64,000 nucleotides of DNA from a virus (lineage: Duplodnaviria > Caudoviricetes), in the IMG/VR virus record IMGVR_UViG_3300045999_004281, positions 1,819-65,818 of that record; one strand, 5' to 3'. The notes below the pieces were generated by a model, which was not told the DNA's origin, made no database searches, and saw only the letters and a program-made list of their open reading frames with translations. Position numbers and translations under genes: made by a program. This document shows positions 18,851-28,481 of the stretch, piece after piece (positions within the stretch are counted from its first letter, which is position 1; each line of letters starts with the position of its first letter).

Positions 18851-21336
18851 ACTACTCACGGCGACAACTGGAAGCGTTTGGCGAGCCGCTGGGCGAAAGC
18901 GTCACCCGTAAAGAGGGTGGCCGCATCGTTTATGGTGGCGGCGGTGGCGGTTCTCCCCCGGCAACGCAAACGAGTGTTTCTGACCTGCCTGAGTGGGCAC
19001 GTCCCACTGCGCAACGCACGATAGGTAAAGCTGAGGCTATTACCGACGTTTCGCAGAACCCATACCAAAGCTACGATAAATCGCGTGTCGCCGGGTTTAA
19101 GCCGCTCCAAGAACAAGCATTTACCGGTGCTGAACAGCTTGGCCCTTCTGCGCTGGGGGCACAAGCTGGGCAGTTTGCTGGTGCCGCCACATTGGGCGCA
19201 CTCGGTACTGGATACGACCCGTATCAGATGGGCCAGTTCACTGGTCAGGCTGTCGGCCAGTACATGAACCCGTATCTTGAGCAGGCGATGGCCCCGCAAC
19301 TGCGCGAGGCTCAACGTGCTTCCGAGATCCAGCGCAACGCCGACCAAGCACGCGCTGTCGGCGCGGGCGCGTTCGGTGGCTCGCGTCAGGCCATCGTCGA
19401 GGCTGAACGCCAACGCAATCTGGGTCAGCAGCTTGGTGACATCCGCGCACGCGGCTACATGACGGCTTTCGATCAGGCCCAGCAACAGTTTGGCCGGGAG
19501 CAGCAGCTCCGTGAGCAGTCCCGCCAGTACGGCGCAGGTTTGGGTATGCAGGGTCTGCAGACTGCTTTGCAAGGTGCAGGCATGATGGGCCAGCTTGGGG
19601 GGCAGCAGTTTGGGCAGCAGAAGGACATCATCGGACTGCAGAGCACGCTGGGCGCTCAGCAACAAGCGCTTGAACAGCAGAAGCTTACGACCGACTACCA
19701 AGACTTCTTGAACCAGCAGCGCTACCCGTACCAGCAGCTCGAGTTCATGTCGAACATCCTGCGTGGTACGCCCATGGGTACCGTCAACACGCTGTACGGC
19801 GCGGCGCCCACCACTGGTCAGCAGGTCGGCGCACTCGGTATGGGCGCGTATGGTCTGAGCCAGTTGTTTGGTAAGGCCGACGGTGGCATGGTGTCTAGCT
19901 ACGCTGACGGCGGCTCGGTCACTGATGAGCAGAACGTTGAAGACATCATCAGCAAACTCAGCGACGCCCAGTTGCGTCAGGCTCGCCAGATCGCGCTCAA
20001 CCAGCGGGACATGAAGCGCGTCGAGCTGATCGACAGTGAGCTGGCTGAGCGGGCATCGATGACTCAAGGGCTCGGAGGCGCATTCAACATGCTGCCCCAA
20101 GACCAACAGGACAACGTGCTGCAGGCCGCCAACGGCGGCATCATCGCTTTTGCCGACGGTGGCTACAACCCGCCCAGCCCCGACCCGCTGTATGCAGAGG
20201 CGAGCCGTTTGTCGAGCGAGCTGCCCGGCACCATGTACACCGCCCCCACGCAGGAAGAGACGGCTGCGGGCATCCGCGCTCAGCGCGGGCTCGTGCAAGA
20301 GATGATGGGCGCTGACAAGCTGACCCCGTTCATGGAGGAGCTGGCCGCCCAACGCAAGCAGTTGAAAGACGGCAGCTCCCGTGATCGGGGCTTCGCCGCG
20401 TTGGCCGCCATCGCCCCCATGCTGGAGGGTCGCGGCATCGCCAGTATCGGTCGCGGGGTTTCGAAGTTCGGTGCTGAGCTTGGTCGCCTCGAGAAAGAAA
20501 ACCGCGACGCCGATCGTCTGCTGTTGTCTGCCCAGACGCAGCTCGCCTCCGCGCAGCAGGCCCGTGCCGATGGTCAGTTCGACAAGGCCAGCCAGCTCTT
20601 CCGCAGCGGCGAAGATCTGCGCGTCAAGGCGCTGGATGCCAAGCGCGATGTGCTGGGCCGTCAGGCCAATCTGCAGGCCACGATGGCTGGTCAAGCACTC
20701 TCGGCTCAAGGCCAGAAATACGGTGTTGACACGCAGGCTGCTACTTCCCGCGAGGTCGCCAACATCAACGCTCGCACCCAGCGTGAAACGGCCAACCGCC
20801 CGGGCGAGACCGAGCGGATCATGGCGCGCATCGACAGCATCCTCTCCGGGAAAGAGTCGTTCGCGGGCAAGACGGGCGAAGAGGGCGTCAAGCTCTTCAA
20901 GCAGTCGCTCGGCGAAGTGGGCGCAGCTCGGTACGGTGTCACCCCCGGCGGCGAGCGTCCGGCCACCGCGCCCAACGCCGCCGCAATCGAGAACGCCATC
21001 TCCCAAGCTGTGCGCGCTGATCCCCGCAGCAAGCCGGTTGCCGATGCGCTGGCTATGGCTCAGCTTCGGGTCGACTCCTACACCCGCAAGGGTCAGGAGG
21101 TTCCTCCCGAGGTTCAGCAACGGCTGGACGCGGCGCAGGCTGCGGCCACCGCACTGCGGCAGGAGCATGCAGCCCGGATTCGTGGCGCAGGCCCCGCAGG
21201 TGGCGCGGCGGCCACCCCCGGCGCACTTCCGATGCCTTCCAGCCAAGCTGAACTGGTTGACGGGAAGGTTTACCAAACCGCCCGTGGTGCGGCAAAATGG
21301 GACGCTAGCAGGAATCAATTCATCCCGGTGCAGTAA
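18847..21336 (+). CDS. Ejection / DNA-transfer protein 2
   Basis: Poly-Gly near N-terminus; QYMNPY...GAFGGSRQAI Q-rich coiled region; KADGG, YADGG, AANGG, FADGG. Confidence 0.72.
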   Translation: MNYSRRQLEAFGEPLGESVTRKEGGRIVYGGGGGGSPPATQTSVSDLPEWARPTAQRTIGKAEAITDVSQNPYQSYDKSRVAGFKPLQEQAFTGAEQLGPSALGAQAGQFAGAATLGALGTGYDPYQMGQFTGQAVGQYMNPYLEQAMAPQLREAQRASEIQRNADQARAVGAGAFGGSRQAIVEAERQRNLGQQLGDIRARGYMTAFDQAQQQFGREQQLREQSRQYGAGLGMQGLQTALQGAGMMGQLGGQQFGQQKDIIGLQSTLGAQQQALEQQKLTTDYQDFLNQQRYPYQQLEFMSNILRGTPMGTVNTLYGAAPTTGQQVGALGMGAYGLSQLFGKADGGMVSSYADGGSVTDEQNVEDIISKLSDAQLRQARQIALNQRDMKRVELIDSELAERASMTQGLGGAFNMLPQDQQDNVLQAANGGIIAFADGGYNPPSPDPLYAEASRLSSELPGTMYTAPTQEETAAGIRAQRGLVQEMMGADKLTPFMEELAAQRKQLKDGSSRDRGFAALAAIAPMLEGRGIASIGRGVSKFGAELGRLEKENRDADRLLLSAQTQLASAQQARADGQFDKASQLFRSGEDLRVKALDAKRDVLGRQANLQATMAGQALSAQGQKYGVDTQAATSREVANINARTQRETANRPGETERIMARIDSILSGKESFAGKTGEEGVKLFKQSLGEVGAARYGVTPGGERPATAPNAAAIENAISQAVRADPRSKPVADALAMAQLRVDSYTRKGQEVPPEVQQRLDAAQAAATALRQEHAARIRGAGPAGGAAATPGALPMPSSQAELVDGKVYQTARGAAKWDASRNQFIPVQ

Positions 21337-21338
21337 CT

Positions 21339-24300
21339 ATGGCCCAAGGCTTCTCGTTCGCCGACGCGCTTCAACCCCCACCCCCGGCAAAGCGAGAGGA
21401 GCCTGCCGGGGGCTTTTCGTTTACGGAGGCTCTGCAGCCGCCAGTAAAACCTGAACAGCCCGTTGGGGGGTTCTCGTTTGCTGAGGCGGCACGGCCGGTA
21501 GACGAGGCGGCTCGCCGCGACGAACTCGCGATGGGGCAAGAGTTTGTGACCGGCGTCAAGCGCGCGGCCACTGTGGATCTCCCATCTTTATGGGAGAACG
21601 CCAAGGTTCTGAAGGATGCTGGTGCGGCGGCTACCGTTGCTCAGCGCATGGAGCTGTTTGGTCGGATTGACTCAGGCGAGATCACCTCCATGGATCAGCT
21701 CCGTGGGTTGGATCTCACCACGAGCCAAGCTCGTTCGTATCTTGCCGCGTCGCCGGAGATGCGGACTAAGCTGAAAGAACGCCTGACCCGCGAGTTAGGT
21801 AGCCGCAAAGATCTAATCAATGCTTCCTTGGAGACGCTGAAAGCGTATCAGGAAGCGGGTGGCAAGCTGCGGTCTCGCGTGGACAAGTTCACGTCCATCG
21901 AGGACCCGACCGACTTCGCCAACTGGTTGGCCAGCAACGTAGGTTCCGGTGCGGTCAACTTGGCCCCGATCATCTTGGCGGCTGCCACGACCGGTCCGGC
22001 GGGCCTGCTCGCGACCGGTGCGGCCATGGGCACTGCGGAGTCCGTGGGCAACCGACTGGAAGCACTCCAGAAGACGCTTGCAGAGACGCCACCGGAGAAG
22101 CGCGCGCAGGTAGTGGCCGACCGCCTCAAGGAGACCGGCGGCGTCGATCTCGCCGTGGGTATCACCTCCGGTGCGCTGGACTCCGTACTGGGCCCGGCGG
22201 CCAAGGCGGCCAAGTTCACCGCGCAGGAAGTGCTGCGACAGGGCCGCACGCAGGCGGCCAAAACCGCGCTCAAAGAGCTGCCCAAAGATGTGGCGTCGGA
22301 GTTTGTGACGGGTGGAGCGCAATCTCTCGTCCAAACCGCTGGTAAGGTGGGTGTCGGTGAGCAGGAAAAGTTCCTGACTCGGCAGACGTTCGTCGATGCG
22401 CTTAACGACGCAGCGGCTGAAGCCGCCGGTGCTTCGTCTGGTACGGCGTTCAACGCGGCCCGGGCGGCGTTGGCAGCGGGCAAGACACCGCAGGAGGCTC
22501 GTCGGATTGCAACTGAGCCTACCCTGCTAGATTCACTTTCGGAGGGCGAGGATGTTGCAGGATTTGACCAAACCGCAGATCGAGCAGGCGCTGGCGTGGC
22601 TGGCGTGCCCGGAGCCCCTGTCGGTGCCGAACGAACTCAAAGAGCTGAGCCAAGTGGAGTGGTTCCTGCTGAACCAGTTGCTGGAGAACCTGCTGGAAGA
22701 GAAGCAGCACAGCCCTCTGCAGTAAGCCCGCTCGCGGACTTCCGCCGCCAGTACAACGACCTGCGCGGTGAGATGCTCGAGCTGATGAACATCACCAGCC
22801 CGACGCAGGCGGACACCAACCGCATGAAGCTGGTGCAGCGGGACCTCAACCAACTGCTGACCGATAACTCGGAAACCCTGAGCGCGTTCTCTCGTGACCC
22901 GGAGCTGCTGAACCGTCTGTCGAACCCGGTGTTCGACGGCAACCGGCTGCTCGCGGATATGGAGACCGCAGCCGAGGTTTCGACGGGCCGGGCCCGAGCT
23001 GCGACCGGCGACATGTTCGGCAAGCGCGACACGCTCGACCTGCCCAACCGGGCGTTGGCGATTGCGGGTCAGGACCCGGCCAAGGCCACGGCGTACCTGC
23101 AAGGCTTGCTGCAGCGCACCAAGGAGCGACTACCCACCATCTCTGCGGACAGCAACTGGGGCCGCATGATGGCCCCGACCGTGGGTATGACCGCCCGGGA
23201 AGGATTTGACGATCCGGCTAAGGTCGCGCAGCTCTACATCCAGCGGCAGGAGCAGGCCGTTGCAGATGCGATCTCCCGCATCACACCTGCTCAGGGCCAA
23301 GCCCGGGCCCAGCAGGGCGACCTGTTTGGTGAGGGTAAACCCGAAGCTGACATCAACGCCGCCGTCGACAAGCTGGAGGCGCTGTTCGCGCCCAAGCCCC
23401 GCACGGCCACCGAAGAGTTCGGTGCCGAGGTGCCCGGTGAGGAAGCCCCGGCCCCCACCGCCGCTGAGGCTCAGCAAGCTGCTGAGCAGGAACAGCGCCG
23501 CCGCGAAGCCAAGGAAACCGTTGTCGCCCCGGAGGTCAGCACCGAGCGCGTGCTCGAGACCCCGGCGGGCAAGACCATCAAGCGGTTCTTTGACCTGCTG
23601 CGCCCGGCCAACCAGTCGCAGTCGGAGGTGTCCAAGCACCAAGCCTCCAAGAACTCGGCGGCCAACACGCTGTTGGAGTACGACATCGCCCGGCCGGGTC
23701 AGCAAGACCTGCCGGGGCTCCAGCGCGCGCTGGACTACCTTGCCAAGAAGGTCGGCGGCATCGAGAAGCTCAACGCGCTGATTGAATCGCTGGATGGCGC
23801 GTCTTCGGCGGAGCAGGCTGCACTCCTGCGTAAGGCGGGCCTGCCCGACCTGACCTCTCGTCGCGGTATCGACTCGTTCCGTGACACGGTGCAGCGCGAA
23901 GTTCAGGAGCTGACCATCAAGGGTGAAGGCGTGAAGCTACCCTCAAGGTCCACGCCATCCAAGATCACGGGCACCCCGATCCCCTACAAGGAGGAGTTGA
24001 CTGCCGGAACTTCGCGGGCGGTGGCCCCCGGGCCGTTTGCGGATGGGACTCCACGCAAGCCGTACAAAGAGCAGGAGACGCGGCAGTTCTTTATTTCAGA
24101 CACCAAACTGCGCGCAGCAGTTCGCGTACTGAAGCAACTGGTGCAGTCAAAGCTACCGATTACTAAAGAGGGTGCTGCAGCAGTCACATACCTGACCAAC
24201 CCCCTCCGTGAATCATTCGGGGCGGCGTTGAACGCTCTGGCGTTTGACCTCGCGATGTACGAAGTCGACCCGGACGGATACGGTGCAAACGCGCTCCATC

Positions 24301-27300
24301 CCGGCGAAGGTGGCAAGTACGCGCAGCTATTCCAAGAATGGATTAAGACCAACCTCGACCAGAACACGGTCGATGTGCTCAACGACCTGATTGAGATGCA
24401 TCGGCAGAGTGCCCGTGAGGACATAAAGTACGACGCGGCCAGAACCGCTTACAACAGGGCACAGGACGCCTACGCTGAGAAGGCTCGGCAGCAAGCGGAG
24501 AAGAACACCGGCGTCAAACTGCCCAAGGCACCCAAGCGAGTGAGTGAGCGCGTGCCTGAGACGGAAGCTGGTGAACAGGAAGCTGAGCCGGAAGCGCCTA
24601 AAGTTCCGGCAAAAAATCTGCCACGCCGTCAAGAGTTGTTCCGTGTTCACCCGGATATTGAACGCGTATTGACGACGGGCAATACCCGCAAGGCGCTGGA
24701 GCTGATCGCCAAGTCCAAGGGCAACCCGTACTACGCGGTGCTGGCCGATCGGCTGCTGGCCGCCAACGTCACCGCCAAGACGACGTTCATCGACCAGAAC
24801 GACATGCAGGCGCTGACCGAGCCGGACAACACCGTGCTCGACAGCTACCTCCGCGCCATGAGTGACATGGTGACGGAAACGTATTCGCCAGAGCAGCAAG
24901 CCACACTGATCCCGATGCTGCAGTCGGGCCGTCTGCAGGATGTGGTGGCGGCGCTGACCGAGATGCGGGCGACGCTGGCGAGCACCAAAGCCACGCAGGG
25001 TCAGATCGACGCCTTCAACGAGGTCGTCGCCTACGTCAACAAGCAGTACGGCTGGGTTGCCAAGTACGACCCGAACACCGACACCATCGTGATGCGCCGT
25101 GGTTCGGGCATGACCAATGCCACGTTCCTGCACGAGGTGCTGCACGCCGCCACTTCCATCTATCTGGACAACCCCGAGTCGCTGACCGGTATCCAGAAGC
25201 AGGGCTACGACCAGCTCATGGAGCTGTACAACTACGCCAAGGGCATGCTGTCGGCGCAAGGGTTTGCGGTGGAGCACATTTACGCGCTCAGCGACCCCGA
25301 CCCCAAACAGGGACTGCACGAGTTCGTGTCGGAGGCACTGACCAACCCCGAGTTCCAAGCGCAACTACGCGCTCTGCGATACAAGGCATCACCCTTCTCG
25401 CTGGCCAACTGGTTTACGGACGCGATCCGTAAGCTCTTCAACATCAAGAAGGGCTACGAGAGCAACGTACTGAACGAGGTCATCTTCGCCAGCGACGCGA
25501 TGATGCTGGGCACGACCCAAGGCAAGGATCGTCTGGTGGCTACCACCGGTGCCAAGGCCGCACCGGGGCCCAAGATCCCCACGGTTCCCAAGGGCCGCGC
25601 CAACATGCCGGGTGTGAACCGGGCCATGTTCAACGCCCTGCTCAAACCGAAGAACTGGAGCCAGATCCGCCCGCTGTGGCCCACGTTCTACGCCAACCTC
25701 AAGTCGGACGTGCGCCCGGCGTATCTGGGGGCGCTGACGCTGGATCAGCTTGCTGACCTAGTCAACAAGCGCCTACCGCAGCTCGACAACTTCATCCGGG
25801 TCACCGGCGAGTTCCTCTCTCGCAAGAATGCCATCCTCACCGAGGCGTCCGACATCTCCAAGCGCTGGGAGCAGTTGCAGTCCCGTGATGCCGACATGTC
25901 TCGGGATCTGGGTGCGGTCATGCACGCCGCCACCATCCGCGAGTTCGATCCCGACCCGCTGGTGGCGAGCACTCCGGCTGAGCGGGCAAAGAACGCCGAC
26001 ATCCTCAATATGTGGAGGAAGCTCAACCCGGAGGCCAAGGCCATCTACCGGGAGGTGCGCAACTTCTACGAGCGCCGCTACTCCGAGTACCGCCGTACGC
26101 TCAACCGCCGCCTGATGGCGATGAAGGCGTACGGGGTGTCCGATGTCACGATCAACGAGATCCGTGCGGAGTTCGACAAGGCCAAGCGCAAGGGGCCGTA
26201 CTTCCCGCTGATGCGTCACGGCCGGTTCGCCTACGAGATCGGCAGTGGCCGCAGCCGCGAGTACTACATGTTCGAGTCGTTGGGCGAGATGGAGATGCAC
26301 ATGCAGGAGCGTCTGGCAGCAGACCCGCACCTGCGCAGCACCGTCCAGCCGTTCTACGACTACAAGGAGTCCATGGACGCGCATGCTCGGGAGTCCAACT
26401 TCCTGCGCACGACGTTCGAGGCGATCGACTCAGCCCCCGTCACCGCCGCTGGCATCGACAAGCAGGCGCTCAAGGACGAGGTGTATCAGACGTGGCTGGC
26501 GAACCAGCCTGAGAGCAGCTTCCGCAACCGGTTCGTGCACCGCACCAACGTGGAAGGCTTCTCGCAGGACGCACTGCGCAACTTCGCCACGTCGTCGTTC
26601 CACATGGCCTACCAGCTCTCGCGGTTCGAGTACTCGCCTGAGATGTTCTCGCAGATGCAAGCCGCCAAGCAGCAGCTCAAGGCGCGTATCGACCCCGCCA
26701 ACCCGGCTGATCCGGAGGTGATCCGTGAGAACACCGAGCTGAGCGACTACGTCAAGGAAGCTGAGCGGCGTCTGGATTTGACACTGAACCCAACGGACGT
26801 GGGCACCTTCCCGTCGACGCTGTCGAACATCGGCTTCATCTGGTACTTGTCGTCGTTTGGTTCTGCTGCCGCCAACATTCTGGGCGGCATGATCATCGGC
26901 CTGCCTACGCTCGTGGGCCAGCATGTGCGCGCCAACCCCCGGCTGTCGTACACCAAGGCGACGCTGGACGCGCTGGGCCAGATGAAGAACGCCTTCGGGC
27001 AGATCATGATGACCGGTTTCGACTACGAGACCGGACCCCGTGTGCGTGACTTCTCGCTGAAGTCTCCGTCGCTCCAGCGCTCCGGCACGCTCAGCCGTGT
27101 GGATCAGGCCGCGTACAACCGCTTCGTGGCCGATGGCGTGATCGACATCACCGGCACCTACGATATGTCGGGCCTTGCTGCGACCCCCACCGAGTACTAC
27201 TCTGGGGTGCGCAACAAGACGATGCAGGTGCTGACCTACCTGTTCCACAACGCCGAACGCTTCAACCGCGAGATCATCGCGATGTCTGCGTTCCGTCTGG

Positions 27301-28415
27301 CGATGGAGAAGCGCGCGGGCATGGCGAACCGGCAGCAGGCGTTCACCGAGTCGATCCAAGAAGCCAAGAACACGACGAACGCGTCGATGTTCAACTACTC
27401 GTCGACCAACAAGCCGCGCTACTTCCAGCATCCGGTCGCTCGGGTTGTGCTGCAGTTCAAGCAGTTCCCGCAGCAGATGACGTGGTTCCTGAGCCGCAGC
27501 CTGTGGAAGTCCTTCGCAGCGGCGGACCCTGAGGTCCGTCGGGAGGCCCGTGCCCGCTTCGTGGGCACCATGGGTATGACCGCTATCTTCTCCGGTGCCA
27601 CCGGTTTGTGGGGCTTCAGCACCGTGGCCTCGATCATCAACGCCTGCGCGGCGCTGTTCGGGGGCGACGACGAAGAGCCGTTTGACTTTGAGCTTGAGTT
27701 CAAGAACTGGATCGTCAGCACCTTCGGCAAAAACCTTGGCACTGCGATCACCAGCGGTGCGTTCAACGCTGCGGGCGTCGACCTCGGTAGCCGCGTGAAG
27801 CTCGACGACATGTGGTTCCGCGACAGCCGAAAGAACCAAGACGAGGTGGAAGCAATTAAGACTTTCATTGTCGACATGTTGGGCCCGACTGTTGGTATAG
27901 GTGTCAACGTGTTCGAGGCCGTGAAGCTATGGAACGAAGGGCACCCCGACCGTGCTCTGGAGACCATCGCCCCGGCGTTCATCAAGAACCCGATGGTCGC
28001 CTACCGATACGGCAAAGAGGGTGTGAACACTTTATCCGGTGACCCGCTCATGGAAGACATGGGTCCGTTCCTGCTGATGATGCAGTCCCTTGGCATTCGG
28101 TCGGCAGAGCTGGCCGAGCGCCAGTACTACAACATCACGAAGAAGGGTCAGGAGGTCGAGATCCTCAAGCGCCGCACCAACCTGCTCAACGGCTTCGCGA
28201 TCACATTCATGTCCAACGACCCGGAAGGGTTCGACAAGGCTCTGGACAAGATCATGGAGTTCAACGAGAAGTATCCCTCGGTGCGCATCCCCATGAGTTC
28301 GCTCACCCGGTCGATCAAAGAGCGCATGGAGAAGTCTTCGCAGACTGACCACGGCCTGTTCATCGATCCGCGCCTGCGCGAGCAGCTCCTCAACGAGACC
28401 TACATGGACGAGTAA
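21339..28415 (+). CDS. Giant (2358 aa) ejection protein 3 / large polyvalent protein with zincin-like peptidase domain
   Basis: HEVLH at 25131-25145 then HEFVSEALTNPEFQ; YFPLMRHG and QFKQFP motifs in the C-terminal half; last gene of late operon. Confidence 0.75.
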   Translation: MAQGFSFADALQPPPPAKREEPAGGFSFTEALQPPVKPEQPVGGFSFAEAARPVDEAARRDELAMGQEFVTGVKRAATVDLPSLWENAKVLKDAGAAATVAQRMELFGRIDSGEITSMDQLRGLDLTTSQARSYLAASPEMRTKLKERLTRELGSRKDLINASLETLKAYQEAGGKLRSRVDKFTSIEDPTDFANWLASNVGSGAVNLAPIILAAATTGPAGLLATGAAMGTAESVGNRLEALQKTLAETPPEKRAQVVADRLKETGGVDLAVGITSGALDSVLGPAAKAAKFTAQEVLRQGRTQAAKTALKELPKDVASEFVTGGAQSLVQTAGKVGVGEQEKFLTRQTFVDALNDAAAEAAGASSGTAFNAARAALAAGKTPQEARRIATEPTLLDSLSEGEDVAGFDQTADRAGAGVAGVPGAPVGAERTQRAEPSGVVPAEPVAGEPAGREAAQPSAVSPLADFRRQYNDLRGEMLELMNITSPTQADTNRMKLVQRDLNQLLTDNSETLSAFSRDPELLNRLSNPVFDGNRLLADMETAAEVSTGRARAATGDMFGKRDTLDLPNRALAIAGQDPAKATAYLQGLLQRTKERLPTISADSNWGRMMAPTVGMTAREGFDDPAKVAQLYIQRQEQAVADAISRITPAQGQARAQQGDLFGEGKPEADINAAVDKLEALFAPKPRTATEEFGAEVPGEEAPAPTAAEAQQAAEQEQRRREAKETVVAPEVSTERVLETPAGKTIKRFFDLLRPANQSQSEVSKHQASKNSAANTLLEYDIARPGQQDLPGLQRALDYLAKKVGGIEKLNALIESLDGASSAEQAALLRKAGLPDLTSRRGIDSFRDTVQREVQELTIKGEGVKLPSRSTPSKITGTPIPYKEELTAGTSRAVAPGPFADGTPRKPYKEQETRQFFISDTKLRAAVRVLKQLVQSKLPITKEGAAAVTYLTNPLRESFGAALNALAFDLAMYEVDPDGYGANALHPGEGGKYAQLFQEWIKTNLDQNTVDVLNDLIEMHRQSAREDIKYDAARTAYNRAQDAYAEKARQQAEKNTGVKLPKAPKRVSERVPETEAGEQEAEPEAPKVPAKNLPRRQELFRVHPDIERVLTTGNTRKALELIAKSKGNPYYAVLADRLLAANVTAKTTFIDQNDMQALTEPDNTVLDSYLRAMSDMVTETYSPEQQATLIPMLQSGRLQDVVAALTEMRATLASTKATQGQIDAFNEVVAYVNKQYGWVAKYDPNTDTIVMRRGSGMTNATFLHEVLHAATSIYLDNPESLTGIQKQGYDQLMELYNYAKGMLSAQGFAVEHIYALSDPDPKQGLHEFVSEALTNPEFQAQLRALRYKASPFSLANWFTDAIRKLFNIKKGYESNVLNEVIFASDAMMLGTTQGKDRLVATTGAKAAPGPKIPTVPKGRANMPGVNRAMFNALLKPKNWSQIRPLWPTFYANLKSDVRPAYLGALTLDQLADLVNKRLPQLDNFIRVTGEFLSRKNAILTEASDISKRWEQLQSRDADMSRDLGAVMHAATIREFDPDPLVASTPAERAKNADILNMWRKLNPEAKAIYREVRNFYERRYSEYRRTLNRRLMAMKAYGVSDVTINEIRAEFDKAKRKGPYFPLMRHGRFAYEIGSGRSREYYMFESLGEMEMHMQERLAADPHLRSTVQPFYDYKESMDAHARESNFLRTTFEAIDSAPVTAAGIDKQALKDEVYQTWLANQPESSFRNRFVHRTNVEGFSQDALRNFATSSFHMAYQLSRFEYSPEMFSQMQAAKQQLKARIDPANPADPEVIRENTELSDYVKEAERRLDLTLNPTDVGTFPSTLSNIGFIWYLSSFGSAAANILGGMIIGLPTLVGQHVRANPRLSYTKATLDALGQMKNAFGQIMMTGFDYETGPRVRDFSLKSPSLQRSGTLSRVDQAAYNRFVADGVIDITGTYDMSGLAATPTEYYSGVRNKTMQVLTYLFHNAERFNREIIAMSAFRLAMEKRAGMANRQQAFTESIQEAKNTTNASMFNYSSTNKPRYFQHPVARVVLQFKQFPQQMTWFLSRSLWKSFAAADPEVRREARARFVGTMGMTAIFSGATGLWGFSTVASIINACAALFGGDDEEPFDFELEFKNWIVSTFGKNLGTAITSGAFNAAGVDLGSRVKLDDMWFRDSRKNQDEVEAIKTFIVDMLGPTVGIGVNVFEAVKLWNEGHPDRALETIAPAFIKNPMVAYRYGKEGVNTLSGDPLMEDMGPFLLMMQSLGIRSAELAERQYYNITKKGQEVEILKRRTNLLNGFAITFMSNDPEGFDKALDKIMEFNEKYPSVRIPMSSLTRSIKERMEKSSQTDHGLFIDPRLREQLLNETYMDE

Positions 28416-28443
28416 AAAAGCCCCGCCGGGTGAGGGCGGGGCT
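28414..28443 (-). terminator. Rho-independent terminator
   Basis: 9-bp stem AGCCCCGCC/GGCGGGGCT with A6 on + strand (U-tract on - strand). Confidence 0.88.
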
Positions 28444-28481
28444 GTGAGGTCACTAGGAGGAGAAAGCAAATGTCAACTTGC
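28414..28481 (-). ncRNA. Candidate trans-acting anti-RBS small RNA (~68 nt)
   Basis: Between a TTGCGC-18-TACAAT promoter and a terminator; contains CAUUUGCUUUCUCCU complementary to RBS+AUG of several phage genes. Confidence 0.55.

Noticed and set aside
16554-27839. Long antisense ORFs (e.g. 16554-18107, 18856-21318, 26430-27839; likewise 31665-33107, 55651-57390, 57523-59319)
   Set aside because: Shadow frames of GC-rich genes with biased codons; no RBS or motifs.
21339-28415. Virion RNA polymerase (N4- or crAss-like), which would make the palindromes hairpin promoters
   Set aside because: I found no DxDxD or T7-type polymerase motifs, and early genes have good sigma70 promoters.
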